Source: an uncultured Solirubrobacterales bacterium (GTDB lineage Bacteria; Actinomycetota; Thermoleophilia; Solirubrobacterales; Solirubrobacteraceae). From it: a stretch of DNA of 64,000 nt. Where the stretch lies: assembly GCA_963830435.1 (NCBI GenBank), contig CAWHMA010000005.1, forward strand, positions 264,021-328,020, in the 5' to 3' direction. The notes below the pieces were generated by a model that had not been told where the DNA came from, ran no database searches, and was given only the letters and a program-made list of their open reading frames with translations. Every line of letters begins with the position of its first letter. The first letter of the stretch is position 1. This document shows, piece after piece, positions 17,802 through 26,728 of the stretch. A program made the position numbers and the translations under genes.

Positions 17802-19052
17802 CTACAGTCGAACGAGGTTCTCGACCGCTAGCCCTCGGGTTGCGCCGCGCAGGTCGATGAACAGGGCAGCGTCCCTGGCCACGGCAGCGTGGTCAACCCC
17901 GGGGTGGACCGTGACGAGCACGACCGCGTCGGCATCGGCAGTCGCCTCCTCCAGTGACACGCTGTCGAGCGCGAGCTCGACCAGCGCTGGCACGAATGGG
18001 TCGTGGTAGGCGAGTACGGCACCGCGCTCGTTGAGCACGTGCATGATTCGCAGCGCCGGCGACTCCCGAATGTCGGCCGTTCCACCCTTGTAGCTGACGC
18101 CGAGGATCGCGATCTTGGAGCCCCTGACCGGCTTCGCCGCATCGTTCAAGGCCTGTTCGATTCGGTCCACGCAGTGGTAGGGCATCTGCTGGTTGATCTT
18201 GCCTGCGAGCTCGATGAACTCGGTGGACATGTGGAATTCCCGCGCCCGCCAGGTGAGATAGAACGGATCGACCGGCAGGCAGTGCCCGCCCATGCCGGGC
18301 CCCGGCTCAAAGCGCATGAACCCGTAGGGCTTCGTGGCGGCGGCGTCAACCACCTCCCAGATGTCGATCCCCATCCGTCCGGCCAGGACCGCAAGCTCGT
18401 TGACGAGCGCGATGTTGACCGACCGGAAGATGTTCTCGAGCAGCTTGGTCATCTCGGCCGCCTCCGGATTGGATACACGCACGATCTGCTGGCAGACACG
18501 GCGGTACAGGGCTTCGGCACGGTCGCCGCACTCGGGGGTCATGCCGCCGATCACCTTCGGCGTGTTGAGCAGCGTGTAGTCCGTGCGCCCCGGGTCAACC
18601 CGCTCGGGCGAAAAGGCGACGTTGAGCTGCTCTCCGACCCGCAGGCCGGACTCTCTCTCGAGCAGGGGCACCAACCGGTCACGCGTCGTGCCCGGGTAGG
18701 TCGTCGACTCGAGCACTACCAGCTGATCGCGCTGCAACACGTGCCCGAGTGCGCGGCCGGCCGCGGTCAGCGCGGCAAGATCGGGCTCGCGATTAGGGGT
18801 CAGGGGCGTGGGCACGCAGATCAGCACAGCTTCGGTTCGCGCCAGCGGTGCGTAATGGATCGAGGCGTCGATGTTTTCGCGCACACGGCGCAGCCGGTCG
18901 GAGGGAATGTCCTCGACGTAGGATTCGCCGGCCGCGATCGCTGCCACTTTGCCCTCATCGACATCGACGGCGACGACCTGCTCGCCGGCCTCGGCGAACG
19001 CGACCACCAGGGGCAAGCCCACGTAACCGAGCCCTATCACGCCGATCGTCAT
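17802..19052 (-). CDS. nucleotide-sugar 6-dehydrogenase (UDP-GlcNAc/ManNAc dehydrogenase, WbpA/WecC-like)
   Basis: MTIGVIGLGYVGLPL Rossmann start and catalytic Cys motif GMGGHCLPVDP. Start set at ATG 19052 inside ORF 17802..19151. Confidence 0.85.
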   Translation of the reverse strand: MTIGVIGLGYVGLPLVVAFAEAGEQVVAVDVDEGKVAAIAAGESYVEDIPSDRLRRVRENIDASIHYAPLARTEAVLICVPTPLTPNREPDLAALTAAGRALGHVLQRDQLVVLESTTYPGTTRDRLVPLLERESGLRVGEQLNVAFSPERVDPGRTDYTLLNTPKVIGGMTPECGDRAEALYRRVCQQIVRVSNPEAAEMTKLLENIFRSVNIALVNELAVLAGRMGIDIWEVVDAAATKPYGFMRFEPGPGMGGHCLPVDPFYLTWRAREFHMSTEFIELAGKINQQMPYHCVDRIEQALNDAAKPVRGSKIAILGVSYKGGTADIRESPALRIMHVLNERGAVLAYHDPFVPALVELALDSVSLEEATADADAVVLVTVHPGVDHAAVARDAALFIDLRGATRGLAVENLVRL

Positions 19053-19328
19053 GCCCGGGACCCTATCGAGCCCGTGCGCAGGGAGTGGAGGCGGAACGCT
19101 TTGGCCGCGCCTCGCTTCTGGGCCGACCGAGGCCTCCCTCGCGATGAGCAATTCCGCGCAAGCCGTGATAAGAAGGCGCTAGAGTCATGGTCTGCTGCAG
19201 CGGACTCATCTGCACAGCGTCGGAGATCAAGTGAAGCGTCAAGCGCACGATTGGGCGAGAGCCGTCAATGGAGCAGCGACTGCTTCCGGCCGACGCACTG
19301 GCTCCGGTGCAGGGCGGCTCTGGGCGGG

Positions 19329-21029
19329 TTGAGGTCGCTGCGCCTCTTGTTCGCAGGGGCGGTGATGGCCGCGTTGTTCACGTGGCCGCTCGCGGTCAGG
19401 GCAAGTGCTGACCGGCCGGCGTCACTCACCTCCTCCGGGAACGATCCTGCGTTGCCCTCGAGCGCCAGTGGCCTGAACTCAACCTCGACAAGGAGCCCGG
19501 GTCTACCCGGAGCCGCCACGACTTCGGTGCCGGGCGCCGGCGCCTCGCCGCAGGCGGCTGTGGGCGGAGCCGCTCCAGTGTCGGAGTCGGGCACGGGGCC
19601 TTCGAGACGACCAGGCTCGATGGATCCAACCCGGTGGTCCGGGACCGGCAACTCCAACGGGTCGTCCGACAGCGCGACGGGCACACCGACCAGCGCTTCC
19701 TCCGCAAACGAGCAAGCTGCTACTGAGACTGCTTCGACCACGGCTACTCCAGGACCGACTCAGTCGACCGCCTCGACCTCGGACGATGACGTGACGCCGC
19801 CGCCGACGCCCCCGGGCTCACCGACGCTGCCGTCAACCTCACCGACGCTGCCGTCAACGTCACCGACGCTGGCTTCGGGCTTACCGACGCTGCCGTCCAC
19901 GTCACCGGCGCTGCCGTCCACGTCACCGGCGCTGCCGTCCACGTCACCGACGCTGCCGTCAACCTCACCGACGCTGCCGTCCACCTCACCGACGCTGCCG
20001 TCCACCTCACCGACGCTGCCGTCCACCTCACCGACGCTGCCGTCAACCTCACCGACGCTGCCGTCAACCTCACCGACGCTGCCGTCCACGTCACCGACGC
20101 TGCCGTCAATCCTGACCTCCGCTGGCTCGCCTACCTCCCGGCCGACTGCGGCGCTCACGAGCTCGGCGGTGTCGCCTGCCGCCCAGACGCCGATCCAGCC
20201 ATCGACACAAGGCGGTACCGCCGGCTCTACCCCGGATACTCCGATAGCCGACTCGCCCGCGCCACTGCAACAAGCACAAGTACACGAGGCTTACGGCCCG
20301 TTGAGTGTTTTGGGCGTTCAACTGCAGGCGGTTTCGGCGGCTGGGCCGGCGATCCAGACGCTGATCGCGCGGCTCGTAGCCTTGGTTCACAGCGATCCGA
20401 GTATCGGCCCGCTCCTGGTGCAGATCCGGCAGGCTGGTGCGTCGACGTCGGCGGCTGGGTCGCTGGTCACGCGTGTCCTGCTGCTGCGCCGCTTGCTGGC
20501 GGCTCTAACCCGTGCCGATCCCTCTGCCGCTCCGCAGTTGGCCTCTGCGTTAGCTGCGCTTCAACGGCTGCTCAGCGATCTGCTGCGCGTAGGAAACCAC
20601 GGTGGCGTGGCGAGTGGCTCAGAGCACTCACACTGGCACACCTTCGCCACCTGGGTTTCCTGGTCGCCTGTGGCGTCGGCTCCCGGCGATCGGCTTCTTC
20701 CTGCCTCTGTCTCGACCTTCGAGTCGAGCCCGGAGCAGCCCTCGATTCGATCTCGTTCGGCCACTCGACAGACTCATCCGAAGGCGGCTGCCGGCCCCTC
20801 GTCCCCGTCCACCTCGTCTCTGGCAACGACCCTGACATCCTCTGCGCTCCTCGCAGGTGGGAAGGCAGCCACGGCGAGCGGGGGAACGGGGTCGGGTGCG
20901 CTGGCCCTCGCTCTGCTTGCCTTGGGCGCCGTGTGCCTCGTGGACGCGATCCTGTGTGGGCGTTTGGCTTTGGATCTCGTCCCTCGGCGATCGATGTTGC
21001 TGGTCTCGCAACTCGAACGCCCTGGGTGA
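19329..21029 (+). CDS. secreted Ser/Pro/Thr-rich heptad-repeat protein with C-terminal membrane anchor
   Basis: In-frame TTG 19329 gives signal peptide LRSLRLLFAGAVMAALFTWPLAVRASA. A long S/T/P/A region includes 14 SPTLPST heptads, then a helical Leu/Ala-rich segment and C-terminal TM ALALALLALGAVCLVDAILCG. The upstream 18003-19328 part of the ORF is antisense to the dehydrogenase. Confidence 0.65.
   Translation: MRSLRLLFAGAVMAALFTWPLAVRASADRPASLTSSGNDPALPSSASGLNSTSTRSPGLPGAATTSVPGAGASPQAAVGGAAPVSESGTGPSRRPGSMDPTRWSGTGNSNGSSDSATGTPTSASSANEQAATETASTTATPGPTQSTASTSDDDVTPPPTPPGSPTLPSTSPTLPSTSPTLASGLPTLPSTSPALPSTSPALPSTSPTLPSTSPTLPSTSPTLPSTSPTLPSTSPTLPSTSPTLPSTSPTLPSTSPTLPSILTSAGSPTSRPTAALTSSAVSPAAQTPIQPSTQGGTAGSTPDTPIADSPAPLQQAQVHEAYGPLSVLGVQLQAVSAAGPAIQTLIARLVALVHSDPSIGPLLVQIRQAGASTSAAGSLVTRVLLLRRLLAALTRADPSAAPQLASALAALQRLLSDLLRVGNHGGVASGSEHSHWHTFATWVSWSPVASAPGDRLLPASVSTFESSPEQPSIRSRSATRQTHPKAAAGPSSPSTSSLATTLTSSALLAGGKAATASGGTGSGALALALLALGAVCLVDAILCGRLALDLVPRRSMLLVSQLERPG
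19818..20111 (+). repeat. 14 tandem copies of a 21-bp unit (TCACCGACGCTGCCGTC[A/C]AC[C/G]) encoding SPTLPST heptads
   Basis: Read directly from the sequence. Eight 3-prime units differ only at two wobble positions; units 3-6 carry a few substitutions (SPTLASG, LPTLPST, SPALPST x2). Confidence 0.95.
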
Positions 21030-21434
21030 CGCTCGCTCGCACTCCTAGTTCGCGTTTGTCCTAAGCACCGGGCAACTCGCGAGGCGCCCGTGGCCACGTC
21101 TAAGGGCGCCCAGGTCTCCGCAGCATCGCCCGCGGCCGTCTGCCGAGGGCAATTTGAACGTCTATCAACGGGTGAACATTGTGCAATTCGGAACCACTGG
21201 CGTCTTTCGAAGCGTTAGACCGGTAGGTTTGCCGGCCGCGGCCGTCACGGACGGACGGCTATGCGCCGATCGATCACGACCGACCAGGTGGAAGGAATCC
21301 TCCGGGCTGCATTGTGGCTCCCATCCTTTCGAGACCGGAGAGGGTCAAGAACCTCCTCCTAGGGAACGCAAACCTGAGACCAAAATGACTCGAGTTCATC
21401 ACCTCGACGGAGTCGGAGAGGGGGCGAGCCGACG

Positions 21435-22202
21435 GTGAAGCGACTCATCGTAGTTGCCGATAATTCACTGATCGTCGGTGCTATCCGCACGGGCCTGCGC
21501 GACAGCCGCGAGCTGAAGCTCCTGGGCTACATCAATCCAAGCAACGCGAGCGCCCGCATGATCGCGGATGCGGGCGCCGAGGTCGTCCTTGTCGACGAAG
21601 CCGATGATTCTAAGCAGGCGATCGCCCTGATTCGAAGGATCAAGGAAGAGCATGACCACATCACCGTGATCGTGTTGACGGTTCAGATGGACGCGGAATG
21701 GCTTCCCCACGCGCTCGAGGCCGGCGCGAGCGCAGTGATCTCGAAGACGGTCCATCCAGGCGCGCTCTCGACGCTGTTGGAGGAGTCGCTAAATGAACAT
21801 ATCGTGCATGCCCCCGCGGACCTGACAGGTGAGAATGCTGCTCATGGGACGGTCGCTACTGAGCATTCCTCGCTGACCGAGCGAGAGCTCGAGATCCTGC
21901 AGCTGGTCGCGTCCGGGGCCACCAACGGCGAAATCGCTCGGCGCTTGTGGATCACCGAGCAGACCGTGAAATTCCATGTCTCCAACATCTACCGCAAACT
22001 CGACGTGACCAACCGGACCGAGGCCTGCCATTACGCCCATGTCAACCACCTCGGCTTTGCTCCCAGCGGGTCTGGAGGGCTGGCCAGGCCGGCGGCCATC
22101 AATTCGCTCAACCGGGATCCAGTCGCGGGCGAGGACTCAGAGGCTGGGCTCGGGGAAGGTCGACTCGACGGAAGCGGGCGCACCGACGCTGGAGCCGGCT
22201 GA
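21435..22202 (+). CDS. orphan NarL/LuxR-family response regulator
   Basis: Receiver-like N-terminus (VVADNS, VVLVDEADD, VIVLTV, AVISK) and LuxR HTH LTERELEILQLVASGATNGEIARRLWITEQTVKFHVSNIYRKLDV. GTG start. No kinase gene adjacent. Confidence 0.8.
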   Translation: MKRLIVVADNSLIVGAIRTGLRDSRELKLLGYINPSNASARMIADAGAEVVLVDEADDSKQAIALIRRIKEEHDHITVIVLTVQMDAEWLPHALEAGASAVISKTVHPGALSTLLEESLNEHIVHAPADLTGENAAHGTVATEHSSLTERELEILQLVASGATNGEIARRLWITEQTVKFHVSNIYRKLDVTNRTEACHYAHVNHLGFAPSGSGGLARPAAINSLNRDPVAGEDSEAGLGEGRLDGSGRTDAGAG

Positions 22203-23285
22203 AGCCGGCTCCACATCTGCCGGCACGCTGGAGCCAGCTGACGCCGGCTCGACGGCCACGGGCGTGCCCCCGCCCGCCAGCGAAGCATCCACAGCTTCGA
22301 TCATGCGCACGACCTCGAGGCCGAGCTCGGCCGACGATCGTGGTGTCGTGTCGTCGACGATCGCCGCGCAGAAATCCTCCAACTCGCGATAGACCGGCTC
22401 CGCGACTTCAACGTGTGGGGACAGGATGTCGCCGGTCCGGTAGGTCAGGGTGAACTCGCCAAAGGTAGCCGGATCCGGCAGGGCGGCCCCGGAGTCGAAC
22501 ACGCGAACGGGTTCCGCCGAGCTGTCGTCGTAGACGATCATCTTGCGTGACCCAACGATCGTCGTCCGCCGCAGCTTGCTGGGCGCCAGCCACGAGAGCT
22601 CGACGTGGGCCACAGTGCCCGACTGATACTCGAGGTCGATGAAAGCGACATCCGGAATGCCCGGCATGATGCACCCCCGGGCGAGCGCGCTTACCCGGGT
22701 CGGCGTCTCGCTGAGCCAGTGGCGCAGGATCGAGAAATCATGTGGACCGAGGTCCCAGGCGACGCTCACGTCGGACTGGTGCAGACCTAGGTTCACGCGG
22801 CTCGTGGAGATGAAGTAGATCTCGCCGAGCTCTCCTGTCTCGATCAGCGATCGGATCATTATCACCGGCGGGCTGTAGAGGAACGTGTGCCCCGGCATCA
22901 GGACAAGGCTGTTCTTGGCCGCGATCTCCATTAGTGACAGCACCTGGCCACTTGAGGCTGCCAGCGGCTTCTCGACGAACACATGCTTTCCGGTCTCCAG
23001 CGCTGCCGCAGCGAGACCGTGATGGGTGCCGATCGGGGTCGCTATCAGTACGCCGTCGATCGAGGATTCAGTCAGCACTTCGTCGTAGCTGGTCGTAAGC
23101 TTGGTGGTGGGAAACCGGCGAGTGATCGCTTGGAGGCGGTCCGTGCGCAGGTCGCAGGCCCAGACGCTGGCGACGCCCGGAAGCTCGTGCAGATTGCGGA
23201 TCAGGTTTGGGCCCCAATAGCCAAGGCCGACGACGGCGAGGTTCAACTTCCTGCCCCTGCGGCAGTCGCTGGTCGCCGTAGTCAT
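22137..23285 (-). CDS. Gfo/Idh/MocA-family oxidoreductase (WbpB-like sugar 3-dehydrogenase)
   Basis: LNLAVVGLGYWGPNLIRNL Rossmann start and FVEKPLA motif. C-terminal duplicated VEPASAGSSV tail. Confidence 0.8.
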   Translation of the reverse strand: MTTATSDCRRGRKLNLAVVGLGYWGPNLIRNLHELPGVASVWACDLRTDRLQAITRRFPTTKLTTSYDEVLTESSIDGVLIATPIGTHHGLAAAALETGKHVFVEKPLAASSGQVLSLMEIAAKNSLVLMPGHTFLYSPPVIMIRSLIETGELGEIYFISTSRVNLGLHQSDVSVAWDLGPHDFSILRHWLSETPTRVSALARGCIMPGIPDVAFIDLEYQSGTVAHVELSWLAPSKLRRTTIVGSRKMIVYDDSSAEPVRVFDSGAALPDPATFGEFTLTYRTGDILSPHVEVAEPVYRELEDFCAAIVDDTTPRSSAELGLEVVRMIEAVDASLAGGGTPVAVEPASAGSSVPADVEPASAGSSVGAPASVESTFPEPSL

Positions 23286-24961
23286 GCCGTCGAAGACCTC
23301 TGACGAATGACCTGCAGTGGCGTGCGCAGGAGCAGCCGGAGGTCCAGTCCTACCGACCAGCCGCGCACGTAAGCGAGGTCCATCTCGAGGGACTCTCCGT
23401 AGGTTGAGTTTGCTCTGGCCGTCACCTGCCAGAGGCCGGTGAGTCCCTGCGGCACCAAGAAGCGCTCCAGATGATGAGGCTCGAAGTTCTCCACCTCATA
23501 CGGGATGCAAGGGCGAGGTCCAACGAGCGACATCTCTCCGCGCAACACATTGACCAGCTGGGGCAGCTCGTCAAGGCTCGTCCGTCGCAGCCAGGCCCCG
23601 AACTTCGTTACCGAACCGGAGCGGTCAAGCTTGTACAGCCCACTGTCCCCCGCCACAGCGTTGAACGACATTGTCTGCTGGATGTACGCCCGGTGGGCCG
23701 CTGGGTCCGTATCGACCTTCATCGTCCGGAACTTCAGCGTCGCAAACTCTTTCATGGCGAACCCAAGCCGGGTTTGGCGAAACAGGATGGGCCCGTCGGA
23801 ATCCAACCGGATTCGCAACGCGATGTAGGCGAACAGCGGCGCCGTTAGTGCCAGCGCGAGTGTCGCACCGATTACGTCGATCGCTCTTTTCACCATGCGA
23901 GCGCTACTTGACGCACGTATGACCGGGAGCCCGAGCAGCGGCATTCCTTCCACCGAGTGCACAGTGACACTAGGGGTGACCAACTCGAACAGACGCGGCA
24001 CGAGGTCAACCTGAACGGGAAGATCTCGGAGCTGCCGGACCAGCGCGAGCAGCTCCGAAATCGACTCGTGGGAAAACGCAATCACCACCCGTTCGATGTC
24101 GAGGATCTCAACGATTTCCGGCAGACGGTTCGGCGTGCCGAGGATCGTGAGGTGCTCAGGGAGATCGATTCGACGAGCCTTCGGACTGCGGTCGACGAAT
24201 CCGACGACGTTGGCTCCATACTCGGGATGCCGTACGAGCTTGCGCGCAATGAGCTGACCGATTTCGCCGGCGCCGACGATCACCGTGTTCTGGTCGTAGG
24301 CCACGGTGTGTTTACAGGCATCTCGCGCGATCGCTCGTGCCAGCGGCAGGATGCACACGGCCAAGAACCAGAAGGTGATGAGCGAGTAGATGCCTGGACT
24401 CGTCAGTCCTGCCAATCGCCAGGCCACCAGCAGCACCCAGACGCCGGTGGTGACGAGGTGAAAGATCCCCACGACGTCATCCGAAGTTGGATGGTCGGCG
24501 CGCTCCTGGTCGCGACCGTAGAGACCGAGGAGCTTGGCCACCAGCAACCAGAACGGAAGGGTCAGCGCGAACACCAGCAGCTCTCGAGAGGAACCGAGCG
24601 CGCCCTCGCCGTCTGCAAGTAGCGTCGCGAGAAAGTAGGCGAGGCCAACTCCGAGGAGGTCAGCGATCAGCAGACTTCGCGGAACCACTCGTGCGCGCCG
24701 CGCGTTGCGCCGCCGGGCCAGCAGCGCCCGCGTTCGTCCGTCCATGACTGCGATCAAATCGACGGGAGGCATACCGCTGGGCCCGGCATCGACGTCGGGA
24801 TCGCCTCGCGCGCGGTGCGCCTCCATCGGGGTGACGGAGCTCATCTGATGGAGCATGAACCTGCGCGGTTTGAGTCCGCTAGACCAGAGTTTGAAGACCG
24901 GTCCAGGGAGGGGTACGGCCCTGGACCTTCGTCCAGCATGCGGATTTCCGCGATCGCTCAA
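23282..24961 (-). CDS. polyprenyl-phosphate sugar-phosphate transferase (WbaP/EpsB-type initiating enzyme)
   Basis: N-terminal TM block, central NAD-like domain, C-terminal bacterial sugar transferase motifs KRAIDVIGATLALAL...ILFRQTRLG...DELPQLVNVLRGEMSLVGPRP. Start uncertain. Confidence 0.85.
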   Translation of the reverse strand: MSDRGNPHAGRRSRAVPLPGPVFKLWSSGLKPRRFMLHQMSSVTPMEAHRARGDPDVDAGPSGMPPVDLIAVMDGRTRALLARRRNARRARVVPRSLLIADLLGVGLAYFLATLLADGEGALGSSRELLVFALTLPFWLLVAKLLGLYGRDQERADHPTSDDVVGIFHLVTTGVWVLLVAWRLAGLTSPGIYSLITFWFLAVCILPLARAIARDACKHTVAYDQNTVIVGAGEIGQLIARKLVRHPEYGANVVGFVDRSPKARRIDLPEHLTILGTPNRLPEIVEILDIERVVIAFSHESISELLALVRQLRDLPVQVDLVPRLFELVTPSVTVHSVEGMPLLGLPVIRASSSARMVKRAIDVIGATLALALTAPLFAYIALRIRLDSDGPILFRQTRLGFAMKEFATLKFRTMKVDTDPAAHRAYIQQTMSFNAVAGDSGLYKLDRSGSVTKFGAWLRRTSLDELPQLVNVLRGEMSLVGPRPCIPYEVENFEPHHLERFLVPQGLTGLWQVTARANSTYGESLEMDLAYVRGWSVGLDLRLLLRTPLQVIRQRSSTA

Positions 24962-24976
24962 GCTACTTTTTTTCAG

Positions 24977-25001
24977 GTTTCCTCGACAAAGCTCAGGAAA
25001 C
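24977..25001. promoter_or_regulatory. 7-bp perfect inverted repeat GTTTCCT-N11-AGGAAAC in a divergent promoter region
   Basis: Lies in the AT-richer 144-bp gap between the initiating transferase (-) and the LuxR-type regulator (+). Function is inferred only. Confidence 0.3.
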
Positions 25002-25105
25002 TAGGCTAAAGTTACGCGTTGGGGCCAAGATGGCCCTCGGGTTGACTGGATCCTCAGGAGAAAGTTCGCGAGTCAAATGAACGGGCGCACCAGGGTGGGA
25101 GGGCG

Positions 25106-25759
25106 ATGAAGCGACTCGTCGTCGTGGCCGACAACTCCCTGATCATCGAGGCGATCGCGATCGGCTTGCGGGACAGCGGCGAGTTCAGGCTGGTAGGGCA
25201 CGTAAACGGCGCCGCGCCATCGGCGGGGACGATCCTTGACGCGTCGCCCGTGGGCGTTCTGGTCGACGACCGGGAGCAGTCATCCTCGACCGTCGATCTC
25301 ATTAGGCAGCTCAACGCCGCGCAGGACGCGATTGTCGTGATCGTGCTTACGATGACCATGGACTCGTGGTGGCTTGACGCGATCTTCGATGCCGGCGCCA
25401 CCAGCGCGATCTCGAAGGCGACTCATCCCGTGGCGCTGGCCACGCTTGTTCGCGAGACGATCAACGGACACGTGATCCACCCTCACAAGCGCGCGAGTCC
25501 CGTCGAGGGAGTTCATCGGCACGCGTTGACCGCAGCGGATTCCTGCCTCACGGCGCGGGAACTCGAGGTGCTTCGGCTCGTGGCCGGGGGCTCCACGAAC
25601 GGGGAGATAGCCCGGAGACTGTGGGTCACCGAGCAGACGGTGAAGTTCCACCTTTCAAATGTTTATCGGAAGCTGGATGTTGGGAACCGGACAGAGGCCA
25701 GCCACTACGCCCACGTCAACGGGTTGCTGGGCGCCAAGCCGCAGCTGGTGGCCTCGTAG
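25106..25759 (+). CDS. orphan NarL/LuxR-family response regulator (paralog of 21435..22202)
   Basis: MKRLVVVADNSLI..., VGVLVDD, VIVLTM, SAISK and a near-identical HTH LTARELEVLRLVAGGSTNGEIARRLWVTEQTVKFHLSNVYRKLDV. Confidence 0.8.
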   Translation: MKRLVVVADNSLIIEAIAIGLRDSGEFRLVGHVNGAAPSAGTILDASPVGVLVDDREQSSSTVDLIRQLNAAQDAIVVIVLTMTMDSWWLDAIFDAGATSAISKATHPVALATLVRETINGHVIHPHKRASPVEGVHRHALTAADSCLTARELEVLRLVAGGSTNGEIARRLWVTEQTVKFHLSNVYRKLDVGNRTEASHYAHVNGLLGAKPQLVAS

Positions 25760-25768
25760 ACAACCGGG

Positions 25769-26728
25769 ATGCGCGCGAGCGCGGTTTCGCCCGAGCAGCA
25801 GGCTTTGCGAGCTTCTGAACGCAACACCGCCGTAAACGCTCGACGTGATCAAGCGCCGTTAGAGTCTTGCTTCGTGGGCGACGAACGATCCATCCCGAGG
25901 GGCGCGACCAGAAACGGAGTTTCTGAGCTCTGGCCCCTGGTGCTCGCCGGAATTGCGGTGATGGCGGTGATTGGCACGGACCTGATCGACCTCGGCGTCG
26001 CACATTCTCGCGTTCGGCTGCTCGACGCCAACGTCGACTCGAGTTGGTCCCATCGTATGGCTGCCGCGACCCTGGCCGTCGGGGCAGCGGTATCGCTGCT
26101 AGGAGCCGCACGATCGCCCCAGCGGCGGTCTCGGTGGATGGTCACGGCAGCGATCTTGATCGTGCTGTTCGTCGCCGAGGCCTCACCGGTGCACGCGCAG
26201 GTGGATCGGCTTAGCTACGGTAAGCTGATCTACGCGCCTCTGCTGTTGGCCCTCGTGGCGTGTGTGTGGCCTTTGGCTCACCGCAGCACCCAAGGCAGAA
26301 TCATGAACGCCGGGCTTGCGGCGCTGTTTGCTTCGTACACGGTTCACATCTTTGGGTTGGCGATTACGAAGGCACTAGGCTGGGGGGCAGGGGGTTGGGC
26401 CTACCAGGCCTATCCGGGACTGAAGGAGGGGCTAGAACTTGCCGGATGGCTTCTGCTTGTTCTGGCTCTCTACCGGTTGGCATCGGCGGCCGCCGGCGGG
26501 AGGTTCTGGGACGGCGGGCAGACGCCGCCGGCAAGCCTCGGCCTCAACACTCTCAAAATCCGCGTCTTACGGCGAGGTACGGGATCAGTGCGAGCTCCGC
26601 GAGTGCCGGTAGGGGATCGTCGCGGCTCAGCACAGCCTCTACGTGAGCGGTGGCTAGCGAGCGCAGATAGGGGCGAGGATGAAGGCGCCCGTGGTAGATC
26701 TCTCGCAGGGCGGTCGGAACGTCCGTGA
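25769..26728 (+). CDS. polytopic membrane protein of unknown function
   Basis: About 6 hydrophobic segments (LWPLVLAGIAVMAVIG, AAATLAVGAAVSLLGA, MVTAAILIVLFVA, LIYAPLLLALVACVW, LAALFASYTVHIFGLAI, LAGWLLLVLALY). The last ~58 codons are antisense to the ATP-grasp gene, so the 3-prime end is doubtful. Confidence 0.5.
   Translation: MRASAVSPEQQALRASERNTAVNARRDQAPLESCFVGDERSIPRGATRNGVSELWPLVLAGIAVMAVIGTDLIDLGVAHSRVRLLDANVDSSWSHRMAAATLAVGAAVSLLGAARSPQRRSRWMVTAAILIVLFVAEASPVHAQVDRLSYGKLIYAPLLLALVACVWPLAHRSTQGRIMNAGLAALFASYTVHIFGLAITKALGWGAGGWAYQAYPGLKEGLELAGWLLLVLALYRLASAAAGGRFWDGGQTPPASLGLNTLKIRVLRRGTGSVRAPRVPVGDRRGSAQPLRERWLASADRGEDEGARGRSLAGRSERP

Noticed and set aside
18003-19328. 5-prime two-fifths of the 1008-aa ORF 18003..21029
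   Set aside because: It runs antisense to a well-supported nucleotide-sugar dehydrogenase and has Arg/Gly/Pro-rich composition. The real gene most likely starts at the signal peptide near 19329.
19818-20111. Possible CRISPR array (regular 21-bp repeats)
   Set aside because: The units are directly tandem with no spacers, stay in frame with a coding sequence and encode a heptad peptide. No cas genes are present.
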